From: Caldisericota bacterium
GTDB taxonomy: Bacteria > Caldisericota > Caldisericia > JAAYUI01
Length of the DNA: 64,000 bases
Direction of reading: 5' to 3'
Assembly: GCA_029548865.1 (NCBI GenBank)
Contig: JAKPMO010000004.1
Coordinates: 128,001 to 192,000 of the forward strand
In this document: in pieces, positions 29,095 through 40,450 of the stretch
How positions within the stretch are numbered: position 1 is the first letter of the stretch
Layout of the letters: the number at the start of each line of letters is the position of its first letter
The notes under the pieces: model-generated
Told to the model about the DNA's origin: nothing
What the model saw: the letters and a program-made list of their open reading frames with translations, nothing else
The model's database searches: none
Translations under genes and position numbers: made by a program

Positions 29095-30089
29095 GACGGT
29101 TTCCTTGATACGAGATAGAAGAAGAACAGGCCGCCGGCTATGTTCATGATGACCGAGGCGGGGACTTCCTGGAAAGGCATTATCGATCTCCCCACGGCAT
29201 CGGCAAGACCTAGCGTTATTCCACCAAGCAGAATACTGCACGGAACAACATATCTTGACTCCCCGCCAACGATTCTTCTAGAGATATGGGGTGTTATGAG
29301 ACCCACAAAGCCCATCAGGCCAGCAGTTGTGACCGCCATGCCTGTCAGGAGCGAGACGATCACGAACATCAATGATCTGAGCTTGACGGGATTTACGCCA
29401 AGGTAAGTGGCCTGTTCGTCGCCAAGCAGGTAAGCATCCATCTTTCTTGGAATCCCTATGAGCATGACGACCGATATGGCGACTGCGATGGCCAGGAAAA
29501 TGACCCCGGTATAGGATGAACTCGAGAGGCCATTATAGCTCCAGAAAAACGTCTTCTGGAGGATGTCTCTGCCCAGCACCACAATGATGTAGTTCAGCCC
29601 TGCGAACACAAACGAGAGCGCGACACCGGCGAGCACGAGGCTGGTGCCTGTGCTGCCTGTTCTTCCCGAAAGCAACCATATTATCAGGCAGGCAAGAACC
29701 GCACCAGCAAAAGCGAAAACAGAGACTGCGGAAAATCCCAGGATGGTCAGGCTGGCACCAGAAAGCAACGCGATGTTGACCCCAAATATTGCACCTGAGC
29801 CAATACCTGCGATGTACGGGTCTGCAAGGTCGTTCCTGAAGAGCGTTTGCGAGAGTGCTCCGGCAAGTCCCAGAGCCATGCCAGAGAGAACAGACACAAG
29901 CATTCTTGGCAGTCTCATGAGTAGAATTATCCTCGTGTGGGTTTCGGGAGAATTACCAAAGCCAAGAATGCTTGCAATGGCTTTTATTGCATCAATCGGG
30001 CCAATGCCTGAAGAGCCAAATAGTAGCCCGACAGACATTACCAGAAACAGGGCAAAAACGAGTAACAGTATTATTCTGGTTTGCTTCAC
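29088..30089 (-). CDS. btuC: Cobalamin ABC transporter permease (FecCD/BtuC)
   Basis: RLPR, QTLFRNDLADP, LGDEQAxxLGV and GFVGLITPH motifs. Confidence 0.9.
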   Translation of the reverse strand: MKQTRIILLLVFALFLVMSVGLLFGSSGIGPIDAIKAIASILGFGNSPETHTRIILLMRLPRMLVSVLSGMALGLAGALSQTLFRNDLADPYIAGIGSGAIFGVNIALLSGASLTILGFSAVSVFAFAGAVLACLIIWLLSGRTGSTGTSLVLAGVALSFVFAGLNYIIVVLGRDILQKTFFWSYNGLSSSSYTGVIFLAIAVAISVVMLIGIPRKMDAYLLGDEQATYLGVNPVKLRSLMFVIVSLLTGMAVTTAGLMGFVGLITPHISRRIVGGESRYVVPCSILLGGITLGLADAVGRSIMPFQEVPASVIMNIAGGLFFFYLVSRKPSW

Positions 30090-30907
30090 TTGCCGACAAT
30101 CTGCGAGATTATCTTCAGTGCGTCTAGCACCCTTGGGCTTGGCCTCATCAAAAGATCATCATTCATTATGTATATCGAGCCGTTTTTGGCGGCCCTGGTT
30201 TTGGCGACACCTTGCCTCTTCTCGATTTCGGCAACCGTCTTTTTGTATGATTCCGGAACAATGATTACTTCTGGATCAAGGCCGGCGATTGCTTCTTCTG
30301 AAAGCGTCGGGAAATCGCCATCAAGCCTGTCGCCAGCATTCTCTGCTCCAACCCACCTTACCATGTCGGCGCCAAGTGAATTCTTGCCAAATGTTGTTGG
30401 CGGGTTGTCCCATATTTCGAGATAAACCAGTTTTTTGCTGCCCTTCGCTGTCTCTTTGTGGAGCGATTCAATTTCTGGCCTGAGCTCCTGGGACTTTGCC
30501 GGCAGACCACAGATGTCTGCAACTTTGTCTATTGTGTCCAGAACATCGTTTACGGTTTGCGGATCAAAGGTCTCGACCCTTATTCCGGATGATTTTATCT
30601 TGTTTATGACATCAAGCGGAACAAGTCTGTTTACAAGAACGACATCCGGTAAAAGCTCGACTACACGCTCTATCTTTAGTGCATACGGATTTCCAAGGCT
30701 TTCCACTTTGGCAACTTCCGGGGGATAGTTGCACTGTGAGGTTCTCCCAATGAGCCTGTCGCCTGCACCAACAAAATAAACTATCTCTGTGATGTTTGGT
30801 GAAAGGGAGATGATCTTCTCCGGGGCATTGGCAGAAGGCTGGGCCGGCTGGACTCCACAAGAACAGAGCATGAATGCCAGCAATAAAACAGACAATATCT
30901 TTTTCAT
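30086..30907 (-). CDS. btuF: Cobalamin-binding lipoprotein (BtuF-like); true start ATG 30907
   Basis: Lipoprotein signal MKKILSVLLLAFMLCSC; IISLSPNITE and RPSPR motifs; GAGGAGG SD; lies downstream of the Cbl riboswitch. Confidence 0.88.
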   Translation of the reverse strand: MKKILSVLLLAFMLCSCGVQPAQPSANAPEKIISLSPNITEIVYFVGAGDRLIGRTSQCNYPPEVAKVESLGNPYALKIERVVELLPDVVLVNRLVPLDVINKIKSSGIRVETFDPQTVNDVLDTIDKVADICGLPAKSQELRPEIESLHKETAKGSKKLVYLEIWDNPPTTFGKNSLGADMVRWVGAENAGDRLDGDFPTLSEEAIAGLDPEVIIVPESYKKTVAEIEKRQGVAKTRAAKNGSIYIMNDDLLMRPSPRVLDALKIISQIVGK

Positions 30908-30927
30908 ATTTACCTCCTCGGGTTTTC

Positions 30928-31060
30928 GCAAAGACGGTCTCCTGGCTTGCGGCTTGGCGCCTTGCGGGGTTTCCTTCCCGGTTGCCCAGTGGATTCCCCA
31001 GACTTGCCGCTTACAGTGGCGGGACCGCGCCGGATTCTCACCGGCTTCCGCTGCCTTTGC
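30928..31060 (-). ncRNA. Cobalamin riboswitch
   Basis: GGAAGCCGGTGAGAATCCGGCGCGGTCCCGCCACTGT...CCACTGGGCAACCGGGAAGG...AGCCAGGAGACC (B12 box), closed by the helix GCAAAGGC/GTCTTTGC. Confidence 0.93.
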
Positions 31061-31067
31061 ATGGTCG

Positions 31068-31116
31068 AGTCTAGCCTCGCATTGGTCCTTGTCAAGATTG
31101 AATGCCAACATACAAT
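31068..31116. promoter_or_regulatory. Divergent promoters with overlapping -35 boxes (btu operon and radA)
   Basis: Minus strand: TTGACA(31095-31090)-16nt-TAGACT. Plus strand: TTGTCA(31089-31094)-16nt-TACAAT, then GTG 7 nt later. Confidence 0.55.
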
Positions 31117-31123
31117 CCAGAAT

Positions 31124-32455
31124 GTGGCCAAAAAAACGATAAGTTATGCCTGTTCGAATTGTGGTTATTCAAGCACGAAACCGCTTGGAAAATGCCCCGA
31201 ATGTGGTGCATGGGGAACATTTGAAGAGAAAGAGATGTTCCCGCAGGACTCCTCCAAATGCAAAGACATTGAGGTGGAGGGCATTTCTCTTGCCGAAGAA
31301 AACAGGATTGAAACTGGCATAACAGAATTTGACAGAGTCATGGGTGGTGGTGTTGTCCAGGGGTCGGTCGTTCTCATTGGAGGAGAACCAGGTGTTGGCA
31401 AATCCACGCTCATGCTCGCGGTGGCAAACAGCTACGCAAAAACTTCCCAAAGCACCCTCTATTGTTCTGGCGAGGAGTCCCCAAAGCAGATATCCATGAG
31501 GGCAAAACGCATTGGGGTGATGGACTCTGGCATTTCGCTGGTTTTTGAAACAGATCTTGATGCAATCCTGAACGAGGCCGCAGAAAACCTCCCAAAAGCA
31601 CTGTTCATCGACTCGGTCCAGACAATAATGCTTGAGGATGCAGGCACCCCTGGCGGGCCAAACATGCTGAGGGAAGCGACCAGAAAAATAGTCGAGTTCT
31701 CAAAAAAGCATTCTGTAACAACCTTTCTTATTGGCCATGTCACAAAAGAAGGCAACATTGCAGGGCCAAAGACCCTTGAGCACCTCGTTGATGTGGTTTG
31801 CTACCTTGAGGGCGAAAGATATTCAACCCTAAGGATACTACATGGTGTAAAAAACCGCTTTGGTGCGACAGATGAAGTTGGTTTGATGGAAATGACCGAG
31901 GGTGGCTTCAGGGCAGCAGACAGGCAATCGCTTGTCAGGAATGAGAATGTTCCTGGGGTGGCAATAACCGCCGTTTCAAAGGGAAACAGGCCGATAGCGC
32001 TTGAAGTCCAGGCGCTTGTGGCTCCAACATACTATCCTTCCCCAAGGAGGGTGGTGACTGGTTGCAACATGAACAGGGCGCTGATGCTTCTGGCTGTCCT
32101 GGAAAAAAGGGCCTCTATTCCTCTGGGGAAACTGGATTGCTATGTAAATCTTGTTGGTGGTCTGGATTCTGACGAACCATCACTTGACCTGCCAATATCT
32201 TTTGCGCTTGTGTCTTCGTTTATGGACAGAAAAGTGCCCGAGGGCGTGGCTTTTGTTGGTGAGGTAGGGCTTACTGGTGAAATACGCCCTGTCAGCCAAT
32301 TGGGAACAAAACTAAAAGAACTCAATGCTTTGGGGCTTAAAACTGTGTTGGTGCCAAATCAGGACAAGCCTGATATTGAAGGGCTGGAGATTATCTCGGC
32401 AGGGACGTTGAGGGAGGCACTGAAGTTGGTATGGCCTGGTCAAGGTTTACCTTGA
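31124..32455 (+). CDS. radA: DNA repair protein RadA/Sms; true start GTG 31124
   Basis: CxxC...CPEC zinc finger, GEPGVGKST and KNRFG motifs. Confidence 0.95.
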   Translation: MAKKTISYACSNCGYSSTKPLGKCPECGAWGTFEEKEMFPQDSSKCKDIEVEGISLAEENRIETGITEFDRVMGGGVVQGSVVLIGGEPGVGKSTLMLAVANSYAKTSQSTLYCSGEESPKQISMRAKRIGVMDSGISLVFETDLDAILNEAAENLPKALFIDSVQTIMLEDAGTPGGPNMLREATRKIVEFSKKHSVTTFLIGHVTKEGNIAGPKTLEHLVDVVCYLEGERYSTLRILHGVKNRFGATDEVGLMEMTEGGFRAADRQSLVRNENVPGVAITAVSKGNRPIALEVQALVAPTYYPSPRRVVTGCNMNRALMLLAVLEKRASIPLGKLDCYVNLVGGLDSDEPSLDLPISFALVSSFMDRKVPEGVAFVGEVGLTGEIRPVSQLGTKLKELNALGLKTVLVPNQDKPDIEGLEIISAGTLREALKLVWPGQGLP

Positions 32456-33176
32456 GTTGGAAGGTGTAGTACAGAAGAACGTCTTTTGGCCAGACAGTGA
32501 ATTCAAACGTGGCCACTCCAGTCAGGGTCTTCAAAGGAAGCCTTACCCAACCCGATCTTTCAGCACCCGATGGTATATCGCTTGAGAAAATAGGGTCCCA
32601 GTCTGAGGCCTGGAGCTTTTCCTGGCCGACAATCATTTTTGTGAGTGAGGCCGGGAACCTGACTTTTGTTTCAAGCTTGTTGTAGATCTTGATGTCGAGC
32701 CTGAGGTTGTTTTTTTCCTTGACGATTGCAACAAGGGTGAAATCAACGCCATTTTTGGAGAATTTTATTGGCGGAACAAGATTTTCAGTTGAACCGCCGC
32801 CGCCCTCTTCAGCATTTTTGATGCAATCGGCAAGGGCTTGTTTGAGCTTGCGGTTTTCATCCTGAAGAGAAAGATTTTCTGCTTTAAGAACCGAGATGTC
32901 CGGGATCGTAATTGTTATTTTCTTTTCCTTTGTGTCATACTCCACAGAGGAACCATCTTTCGGGAAAACATTGTCAATAAGGAAACGGAGTGGAACGACT
33001 GTCCTCTCCTCAATTATTGTTGGCGCTGGCTGAAGGGTGACTGACTTGTCATCCACAGTTGCGATTTTTTCACCGATTTTCATTACAATTGTGCGCGATT
33101 GCTCCTGGGTTGTAGCAACCGTTATCGACAAGAGTAAGAAAACTAGCGCCAAACTGTAAATTGCATACCTTTTCAT
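32391..33176 (-). CDS. Secreted protein with copper-amine-oxidase-N (stalk) domain, coiled coil and Ig-like domain; start ATG 33176
   Basis: Signal peptide MKRYAIYSLALVFLLL; IGEKIATVD..PAPTIIEERTVVPLRF..VEYD pattern. Confidence 0.75.
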   Translation of the reverse strand: MKRYAIYSLALVFLLLSITVATTQEQSRTIVMKIGEKIATVDDKSVTLQPAPTIIEERTVVPLRFLIDNVFPKDGSSVEYDTKEKKITITIPDISVLKAENLSLQDENRKLKQALADCIKNAEEGGGGSTENLVPPIKFSKNGVDFTLVAIVKEKNNLRLDIKIYNKLETKVRFPASLTKMIVGQEKLQASDWDPIFSSDIPSGAERSGWVRLPLKTLTGVATFEFTVWPKDVLLYYTFQLKVNLDQAIPTSVPPSTSLPR

Positions 33177-33186
33177 GGCGGGACGT

Positions 33187-33214
33187 ATTATAGTCATTAT
33201 GATTTTTATGTCAA
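33187..33214 (-). promoter_or_regulatory. Consensus promoter (near-leaderless)
   Basis: TTGACA-16nt-TATAAT; ATG 10 nt downstream. Confidence 0.7.
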
Positions 33215-33218
33215 TACT

Positions 33219-33974
33219 CTACCAGCCTATCCTCAGCCTGTCGGCGAGGAAAAGTGGAAGTCCAGCCTCCATTACTTTTGCAATGGTTGCCTCAATGTCG
33301 TAGTCCACGCGCTTTATTGTGGCTTTTCTCATGTCTGTGTCATAAACAGCGTAGCTTGCCTGGGGATTCCTGTCCCTTGGCTGGCCGACTGACCCGACAT
33401 TTATTATGTATTTGATGCCGGGCTCAAGCGATATTTCCAGACCATAAGAACCCCTCTGGTATTCAATATCATCATGGCCTTTTATCGAAAAAACACCGGA
33501 TATGTGGGAATGCCCGATAAAGCATATATTTGAGCTCATTATTTCTGAGAGTCTGACGGCTTCCATTGGCGAAGCTATGTATTCGAAGGGTGCGGATGAA
33601 TCCAGACTACCATGGGCGACCTGGAAACCATCATGTGAGTTTGGCCCTGGTATTTTCAGCTTCATTGGTAAATTGCTTATGAATTTTTGGTGCGAGGGAG
33701 TTACCTGTGTTCTCTGCCACCTGATTGCAGAGAGGCCATATTGATTGAAATATCTTTCCTCAGAGGGCTCTATAAGCGCCTTGTCATGGTTGCCCATTAT
33801 TGCCCTTACCCCAAGGTTTATTATTTTTGCAACACACTCATCGGGATTTGCATTGTACCCGACGATGTCCCCGCAACAGATTATCTCGTCAACGTTTTCT
33901 TTCTCCAGTGAGGCAAGCACAACGTTTAATGCTTCGATGTTGGCGTGTATATCAGAAATTATGCCGTATCTCAT
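33219..33974 (-). CDS. Metallophosphoesterase family protein
   Basis: SDIHAN, GDIVGY, GNHD, HG, GHSH and NVGSVGQPRD motifs. Confidence 0.92.
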   Translation of the reverse strand: MRYGIISDIHANIEALNVVLASLEKENVDEIICCGDIVGYNANPDECVAKIINLGVRAIMGNHDKALIEPSEERYFNQYGLSAIRWQRTQVTPSHQKFISNLPMKLKIPGPNSHDGFQVAHGSLDSSAPFEYIASPMEAVRLSEIMSSNICFIGHSHISGVFSIKGHDDIEYQRGSYGLEISLEPGIKYIINVGSVGQPRDRNPQASYAVYDTDMRKATIKRVDYDIEATIAKVMEAGLPLFLADRLRIGW

Positions 33975-33982
33975 TTTGTTTT

Positions 33983-34010
33983 ATTTTACCCGTAGAGGTC
34001 ATTTAGTCAA
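33983..34010 (-). promoter_or_regulatory. Promoter (leaderless geometry)
   Basis: TTGACT-16nt-TAAAAT; ATG 8 nt downstream. Confidence 0.6.
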
Positions 34011-34016
34011 CACAGG

Positions 34017-34928
34017 TTAAAAAACCAGTCCCTGCCTTATTAAACCTGATGCCAGGAAGTCCCGGGTATCGAGCAATTTCCCTCCCTCTTTCTGGCATTT
34101 TGTAAATTCCAGCGCCCCTTCCTTGCAGGCGATTATTAATGTTTTTTTCGAGAGAAGCACTTCCCCTGGCTGCCCATTGCCTTCAACCACTTTAGGGCCA
34201 AACAGTTTTATCCTTTTGCCGTCAAGCACCGTGTAGCAACCGGGATCAGGCGACATTGATCTTATGTGACAAGACAACTCAAAAGCCGTCTTGTTCCAGT
34301 TGATGACTTCATCATCTGGTTTAAGTCTTCTTGCATAGAAGGTTTTTTCCTGGGATTGTGGCTCTCCTTCAAAACCCTGCCCAAGTTTTTTGATTGCTTC
34401 CGGCAGCATTGAAACAGAAAGCTTGGCCAGCTTCTCTGAAAGGGAACCAAAATCATCTGTGTCTTCTATTGCGATTGTCTCTGAAGCAATTACGTTGCCC
34501 CTGTCGAGTCTGTTTGAGATGAGCATCAAGCTCACACCGGTTTCCTTCTCACATTTCCTGATGGCCCACCTTATCGGCTCTGCACCCCTGTATCTTGGGA
34601 GTAGTGATGGATGAATGTTGAGTATCCCTTTTGCAAAAACATTAATGGTTGGAGGTAAAAGTATTTCAGAATAGGAAGCCAGGACAGCAATGTCGGCCGA
34701 AGCCTTTTTTAGAATTTCTACTGATTCATCGGAGTTGATGGATTCTGGGGAGTAGCAAGGGATATTTTTGCTTGCACAAAATTCTGATATGACCGAGGAG
34801 ACCACTTTCTGACCCCTGCCCTTTTTTGCGTCAGGCCTTGTGGCCACAAGGCAGACATCATAATTTTCCGAGAGAAACTCGATTATGGTTTTTGCAAAAT
34901 TGCCCGAGCCAATGAAAACTGTTTTCAT
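34017..34928 (-). CDS. fmt: Methionyl-tRNA formyltransferase
   Basis: TRPDxxxGRG and NIHPSLLPRYRGAxP motifs; C-terminal EGGK. Confidence 0.93.
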   Translation of the reverse strand: MKTVFIGSGNFAKTIIEFLSENYDVCLVATRPDAKKGRGQKVVSSVISEFCASKNIPCYSPESINSDESVEILKKASADIAVLASYSEILLPPTINVFAKGILNIHPSLLPRYRGAEPIRWAIRKCEKETGVSLMLISNRLDRGNVIASETIAIEDTDDFGSLSEKLAKLSVSMLPEAIKKLGQGFEGEPQSQEKTFYARRLKPDDEVINWNKTAFELSCHIRSMSPDPGCYTVLDGKRIKLFGPKVVEGNGQPGEVLLSKKTLIIACKEGALEFTKCQKEGGKLLDTRDFLASGLIRQGLVF

Positions 34929-36445
34929 ACCATCAGATTTTCCCTGTACTGGACAGCCTCTGCAATATGGGGAGTCTTAATCTCTTTTGAATCGGCCAGG
35001 TCGGCGATGGTTCTGGAAACCCTGAGTATCCTGTCATATCCCCTTGCAGTCAGGTTCATTCTTTCACAAGCGAGCCTCAGGAAAGACTCCTCGTCTGCCC
35101 CAAGCCTGCAAAACTCTTTTATCTGTTTTGATGAGAGCTGTGCATTACAATATATTCCAAGGCTCTTGTAACGTTCAGTTTGCATTTTTCTGCCATTTGC
35201 CACCCTCTGCCTTATTGTTGTACTCTTTTCACCAGGCTGTGTGCCTGAAAGCTCCTCAGGAAGCAGCCTTGAGAGCGAAAGGTATATGTCAAACCTGTCA
35301 AGTAGCGGACCAGAGATTCTCGACTGGTATTTTCTGATAGATGAAATGCCACAGGTGCATGGTTTTGTTCTGTCTCCATAGTACCCGCACGGGCAAGGGT
35401 TCATTGCTGACACGAGCAGGAACCTTGAAGGATAGGTGACGGTTTGCCTCACCCTGGCGACAGTTACCTCGCCGTCCTCCATTGGTTGCCTGAGCACCTC
35501 CAGAACGTCTCTCTTAAATTCAGGCAATTCGTCCAGAAACAGGACACCACCATGTGAGAGGCTTATCTCGCCTGGCATAGGATTTGAGCCTCCACCGATG
35601 ATTGCGGCAGGTGATGCAGTGTGGTGCGGTGACCTGTAGGGTCTTTTTGTTATAAGGCCTTCTTTTGACGGGAGGAGACCTGCAATCGAATATATCTGGC
35701 TGATTTCAACCGCCTCGTCAAAGGTGAGTGGTGGCAAGATTGATGGTAACCTCTTTGCCAGCATTGTCTTTCCAGAACCGGGTGCCCCCATCATAAGCAC
35801 GTTGTGGCTCCCGCATGCTGCGATTTCCAGCGCCCTCTTGGCCATTACATTGCCCTTTACTTCGGACATGTCAACTGGATATTCAAGGAAGGAATCGGTG
35901 AAATCAACCTTCCTCATTTTCACTGACTGCAATGGCTTTTCTCCGGCAAGGTGCAGTGCCATGTCTTGCAGGTTGTCTGCCCCGATAACTTCAACATTGA
36001 AAATGGAGGCCTCGGCAATGTTGTCTTTTGGGACCATAAGCGTTTCTTCAGTTCCAGAGAGGGCTATGGCTATCGGCAAAACCCCTGGGACAGGGCGCAA
36101 TGCGCCATCAAGCGACAGCTCGCCCAGAAAAGTCTTGCCCTCGAGGGACTCGGCAGGTATCTGGTTTGATGCGGCAAGTATGCCAAGAGCTATTGGCAGG
36201 TCAAACCCTGACCCTTCTTTCTTGAGATCGGCGGGGGCGAGGTTGACTGTTATCCTTTTGATCGGGAAGGCAAAACCGGAGTTTTTTATTGCAGAGCGGA
36301 CCCTCTCCCTTGCCTCGGAAACTGCAGCATCAGGCAAACCAACTATATTGAAAGAAGGCAAAGCCTGCCCGGTTATGTCCACCTCAACTCGGAGCCTGAG
36401 CGGTTTGAGTCCCTCCAATGTTACACTTTGTACAGACGAGAACAC
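34925..36445 (-). CDS. comM: YifB/ComM family Mg-chelatase-like AAA+ ATPase
   Basis: IVGLPD, NLAPADLKKEGS, GAPGSGKT, PHHT, LFLDE and NPCPCG motifs. Confidence 0.93.
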   Translation of the reverse strand: MFSSVQSVTLEGLKPLRLRVEVDITGQALPSFNIVGLPDAAVSEARERVRSAIKNSGFAFPIKRITVNLAPADLKKEGSGFDLPIALGILAASNQIPAESLEGKTFLGELSLDGALRPVPGVLPIAIALSGTEETLMVPKDNIAEASIFNVEVIGADNLQDMALHLAGEKPLQSVKMRKVDFTDSFLEYPVDMSEVKGNVMAKRALEIAACGSHNVLMMGAPGSGKTMLAKRLPSILPPLTFDEAVEISQIYSIAGLLPSKEGLITKRPYRSPHHTASPAAIIGGGSNPMPGEISLSHGGVLFLDELPEFKRDVLEVLRQPMEDGEVTVARVRQTVTYPSRFLLVSAMNPCPCGYYGDRTKPCTCGISSIRKYQSRISGPLLDRFDIYLSLSRLLPEELSGTQPGEKSTTIRQRVANGRKMQTERYKSLGIYCNAQLSSKQIKEFCRLGADEESFLRLACERMNLTARGYDRILRVSRTIADLADSKEIKTPHIAEAVQYRENLMV

Positions 36446-36452
36446 AAAAATG

Positions 36453-36480
36453 ATTTTATGTTATTGTGACTGATCGTCAA
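36453..36480 (-). promoter_or_regulatory. Promoter (leaderless geometry)
   Basis: TTGACG-16nt-TAAAAT; GTG 7 nt downstream. Confidence 0.6.
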
Positions 36481-37000
36481 GAAGCCTGAAGGCTTCCAGA
36501 AATTCCGAGATAATTTCGAATTCAAAATTGTTTTGTCTTTCAAAAAAACGGGACATATCTCCACGGCCCATTCTTTTGTATCTTGAGGCACGGCAGAGCA
36601 TCTGGAGCCTGTCACATTCTTTTACAAACCTTGCTTCCAGCGACTGGCATTTGACGTATTCTTCGAACAGTGCCTGCAGTTTTTGGGAGCTCCCAAAAAT
36701 CTTTTCAGAAACTTTTTTCTCCGCGCTTTCCTTGTCAATAAATTCCTTTGCGCAAAGCGGCAAATCGGTCAGCAGGGCTTCCGGGATGTCATGAACAAGG
36801 GCCAGCTCAAGGGCCTTTTCCTTTGACATGCCTGGTATGTGGTCGGAGAGTAAAAGGACAAGCATGGAAACATTGTAAGAATGAGATGAAACTGGCTCCG
36901 GTGAGGCCACTCCGGAGAGGAGATACCCAAACCTCGGTATGTCTGTAAGGGTCTCGCAGTGGAGATATATCCCGGCGAGCTTTTTTATGTCATCTCTCAC
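36461..37000 (-). CDS. HD-domain hydrolase (YfbR-like 5'-deoxynucleotidase)
   Basis: PRFG, ExVxxHS, LVHDxxE and KxCDRL motifs. Confidence 0.85.
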   Translation of the reverse strand: MRDDIKKLAGIYLHCETLTDIPRFGYLLSGVASPEPVSSHSYNVSMLVLLLSDHIPGMSKEKALELALVHDIPEALLTDLPLCAKEFIDKESAEKKVSEKIFGSSQKLQALFEEYVKCQSLEARFVKECDRLQMLCRASRYKRMGRGDMSRFFERQNNFEFEIISEFLEAFRLLDDQSQ

Positions 37001-37877
37001 CGAGCATGCTCCTTATGGTTTCCAGTTCCTTCAATGCTCTTTGTTTACTATTGTCATTTGTATATCCGGCGCTGTTTTTAAGTAGCGGCTCAACAATTGA
37101 TATTGGGTCCTTGTGCCCGTGGGTTTTCAGGGACTGTGCCAGACTGATGCAAAATTGTGTCCTGAAATCATCTTTTGACTCGGAAACCGTTTTTGTCAGT
37201 GCATCGTCCCACTGTTTTGTGGCATCCAGATAGTCTGGTGTCGAATCAACAAATTTGCCGTTTTTCATGGAATAAACAACCAGTGCCGATGGGACAAAAT
37301 TGGTACCAAACTTGCCTGCCCACGATTTGTCGGCGCAAACCAGCTCATAGGTTCCATCCTTGTCCAGATCGTCAATGATCCATGGTGTTATGTGGTCTGG
37401 CAAAGAGAGGACATCAACCATTGCCTTGTCTTTGATGTCCAGCATCATGATGGTCCTGTCAAAGGGTGACATGGAGCTAAGAATCGAGATGGGGCCGGGT
37501 TTACTCCCTTTCTCAAACCACTCTTTCCTGGAATCATTTGTGGAGGCAAACCAGAGCCAGTGAAAGTTTATCCTTCGCGTTTGGCCAATTCCTCCTACTG
37601 GTTCTGCTGTTTCGTGGAACATCCAGTAACAAATGAGTTTTTGCTCCTCCACTCCGGTGAGCCTGCTGTATACCTGGACATAATACTGGTTGCTGGCGCC
37701 ATCTTCCACTATCCTCATCTCGGTGTTGAACCAGCCATCTTTTAGCTCGTTGTCAATATGAAAAGACCACAAGAGGCCCTGTGGCCTGTCGTGGTCTTTT
37801 GTGTTGGTGCCTAACGCAAAAACCGGATGCCAGATTGAGATGGCAATCAAAAGGCCGGCAATGATGGCCTTTCTCAT
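36990..37877 (-). CDS. Secreted hypothetical protein with a DxDxDG loop
   Basis: Signal peptide; DDLDKDGTYELV; overlaps both neighbours. Confidence 0.7.
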   Translation of the reverse strand: MRKAIIAGLLIAISIWHPVFALGTNTKDHDRPQGLLWSFHIDNELKDGWFNTEMRIVEDGASNQYYVQVYSRLTGVEEQKLICYWMFHETAEPVGGIGQTRRINFHWLWFASTNDSRKEWFEKGSKPGPISILSSMSPFDRTIMMLDIKDKAMVDVLSLPDHITPWIIDDLDKDGTYELVCADKSWAGKFGTNFVPSALVVYSMKNGKFVDSTPDYLDATKQWDDALTKTVSESKDDFRTQFCISLAQSLKTHGHKDPISIVEPLLKNSAGYTNDNSKQRALKELETIRSMLGER

Positions 37878-38134
37878 TGCACCTTCTTGAAGTCGGTGGT
37901 CAGTATGATGATTTTGTCGTGGAACACCTCAATCCATCCATCAGAAACATTGTAAACCGAATCACCCTTTGCAGTTTTTGCTGTTATTTTGCCGGATTTC
38001 AGGGTCGCAACCATATTGATGTGTTTTGGGAGGATGCCCCAATAGCCATCTTCAAGAGGGACGATGAGCGAGGTTGCAACAAGTTTTTCCTCCCTTGATT
38101 CCGGTGTTATGATGGTGATGTTTAGCTGGTCCAC
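37874..38134 (-). CDS. atpC: ATP synthase epsilon (short, beta-sandwich only)
   Basis: IITPE, GYWGILPKH and VSDGWIEV motifs; 86 aa. Confidence 0.9.
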   Translation of the reverse strand: MDQLNITIITPESREEKLVATSLIVPLEDGYWGILPKHINMVATLKSGKITAKTAKGDSVYNVSDGWIEVFHDKIIILTTDFKKVQ

Positions 38135-40448
<2,314 letters not shown>

Positions 40449-40450
40449 GC

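Noticed and set aside
30908..31123. N-terminal extensions of btuF (to 31111) and radA (from 30947) in the ORF track
   Set aside because: They run across the cobalamin riboswitch and the promoters. Better starts exist at 30907 and 31124.
35724..36473. Long antisense ORFs (also 9828-10466, 17032-17661, 29644-30264, 57601-58215)
   Set aside because: They are shadows of conserved genes on the opposite strand, with no motifs or translation signals.
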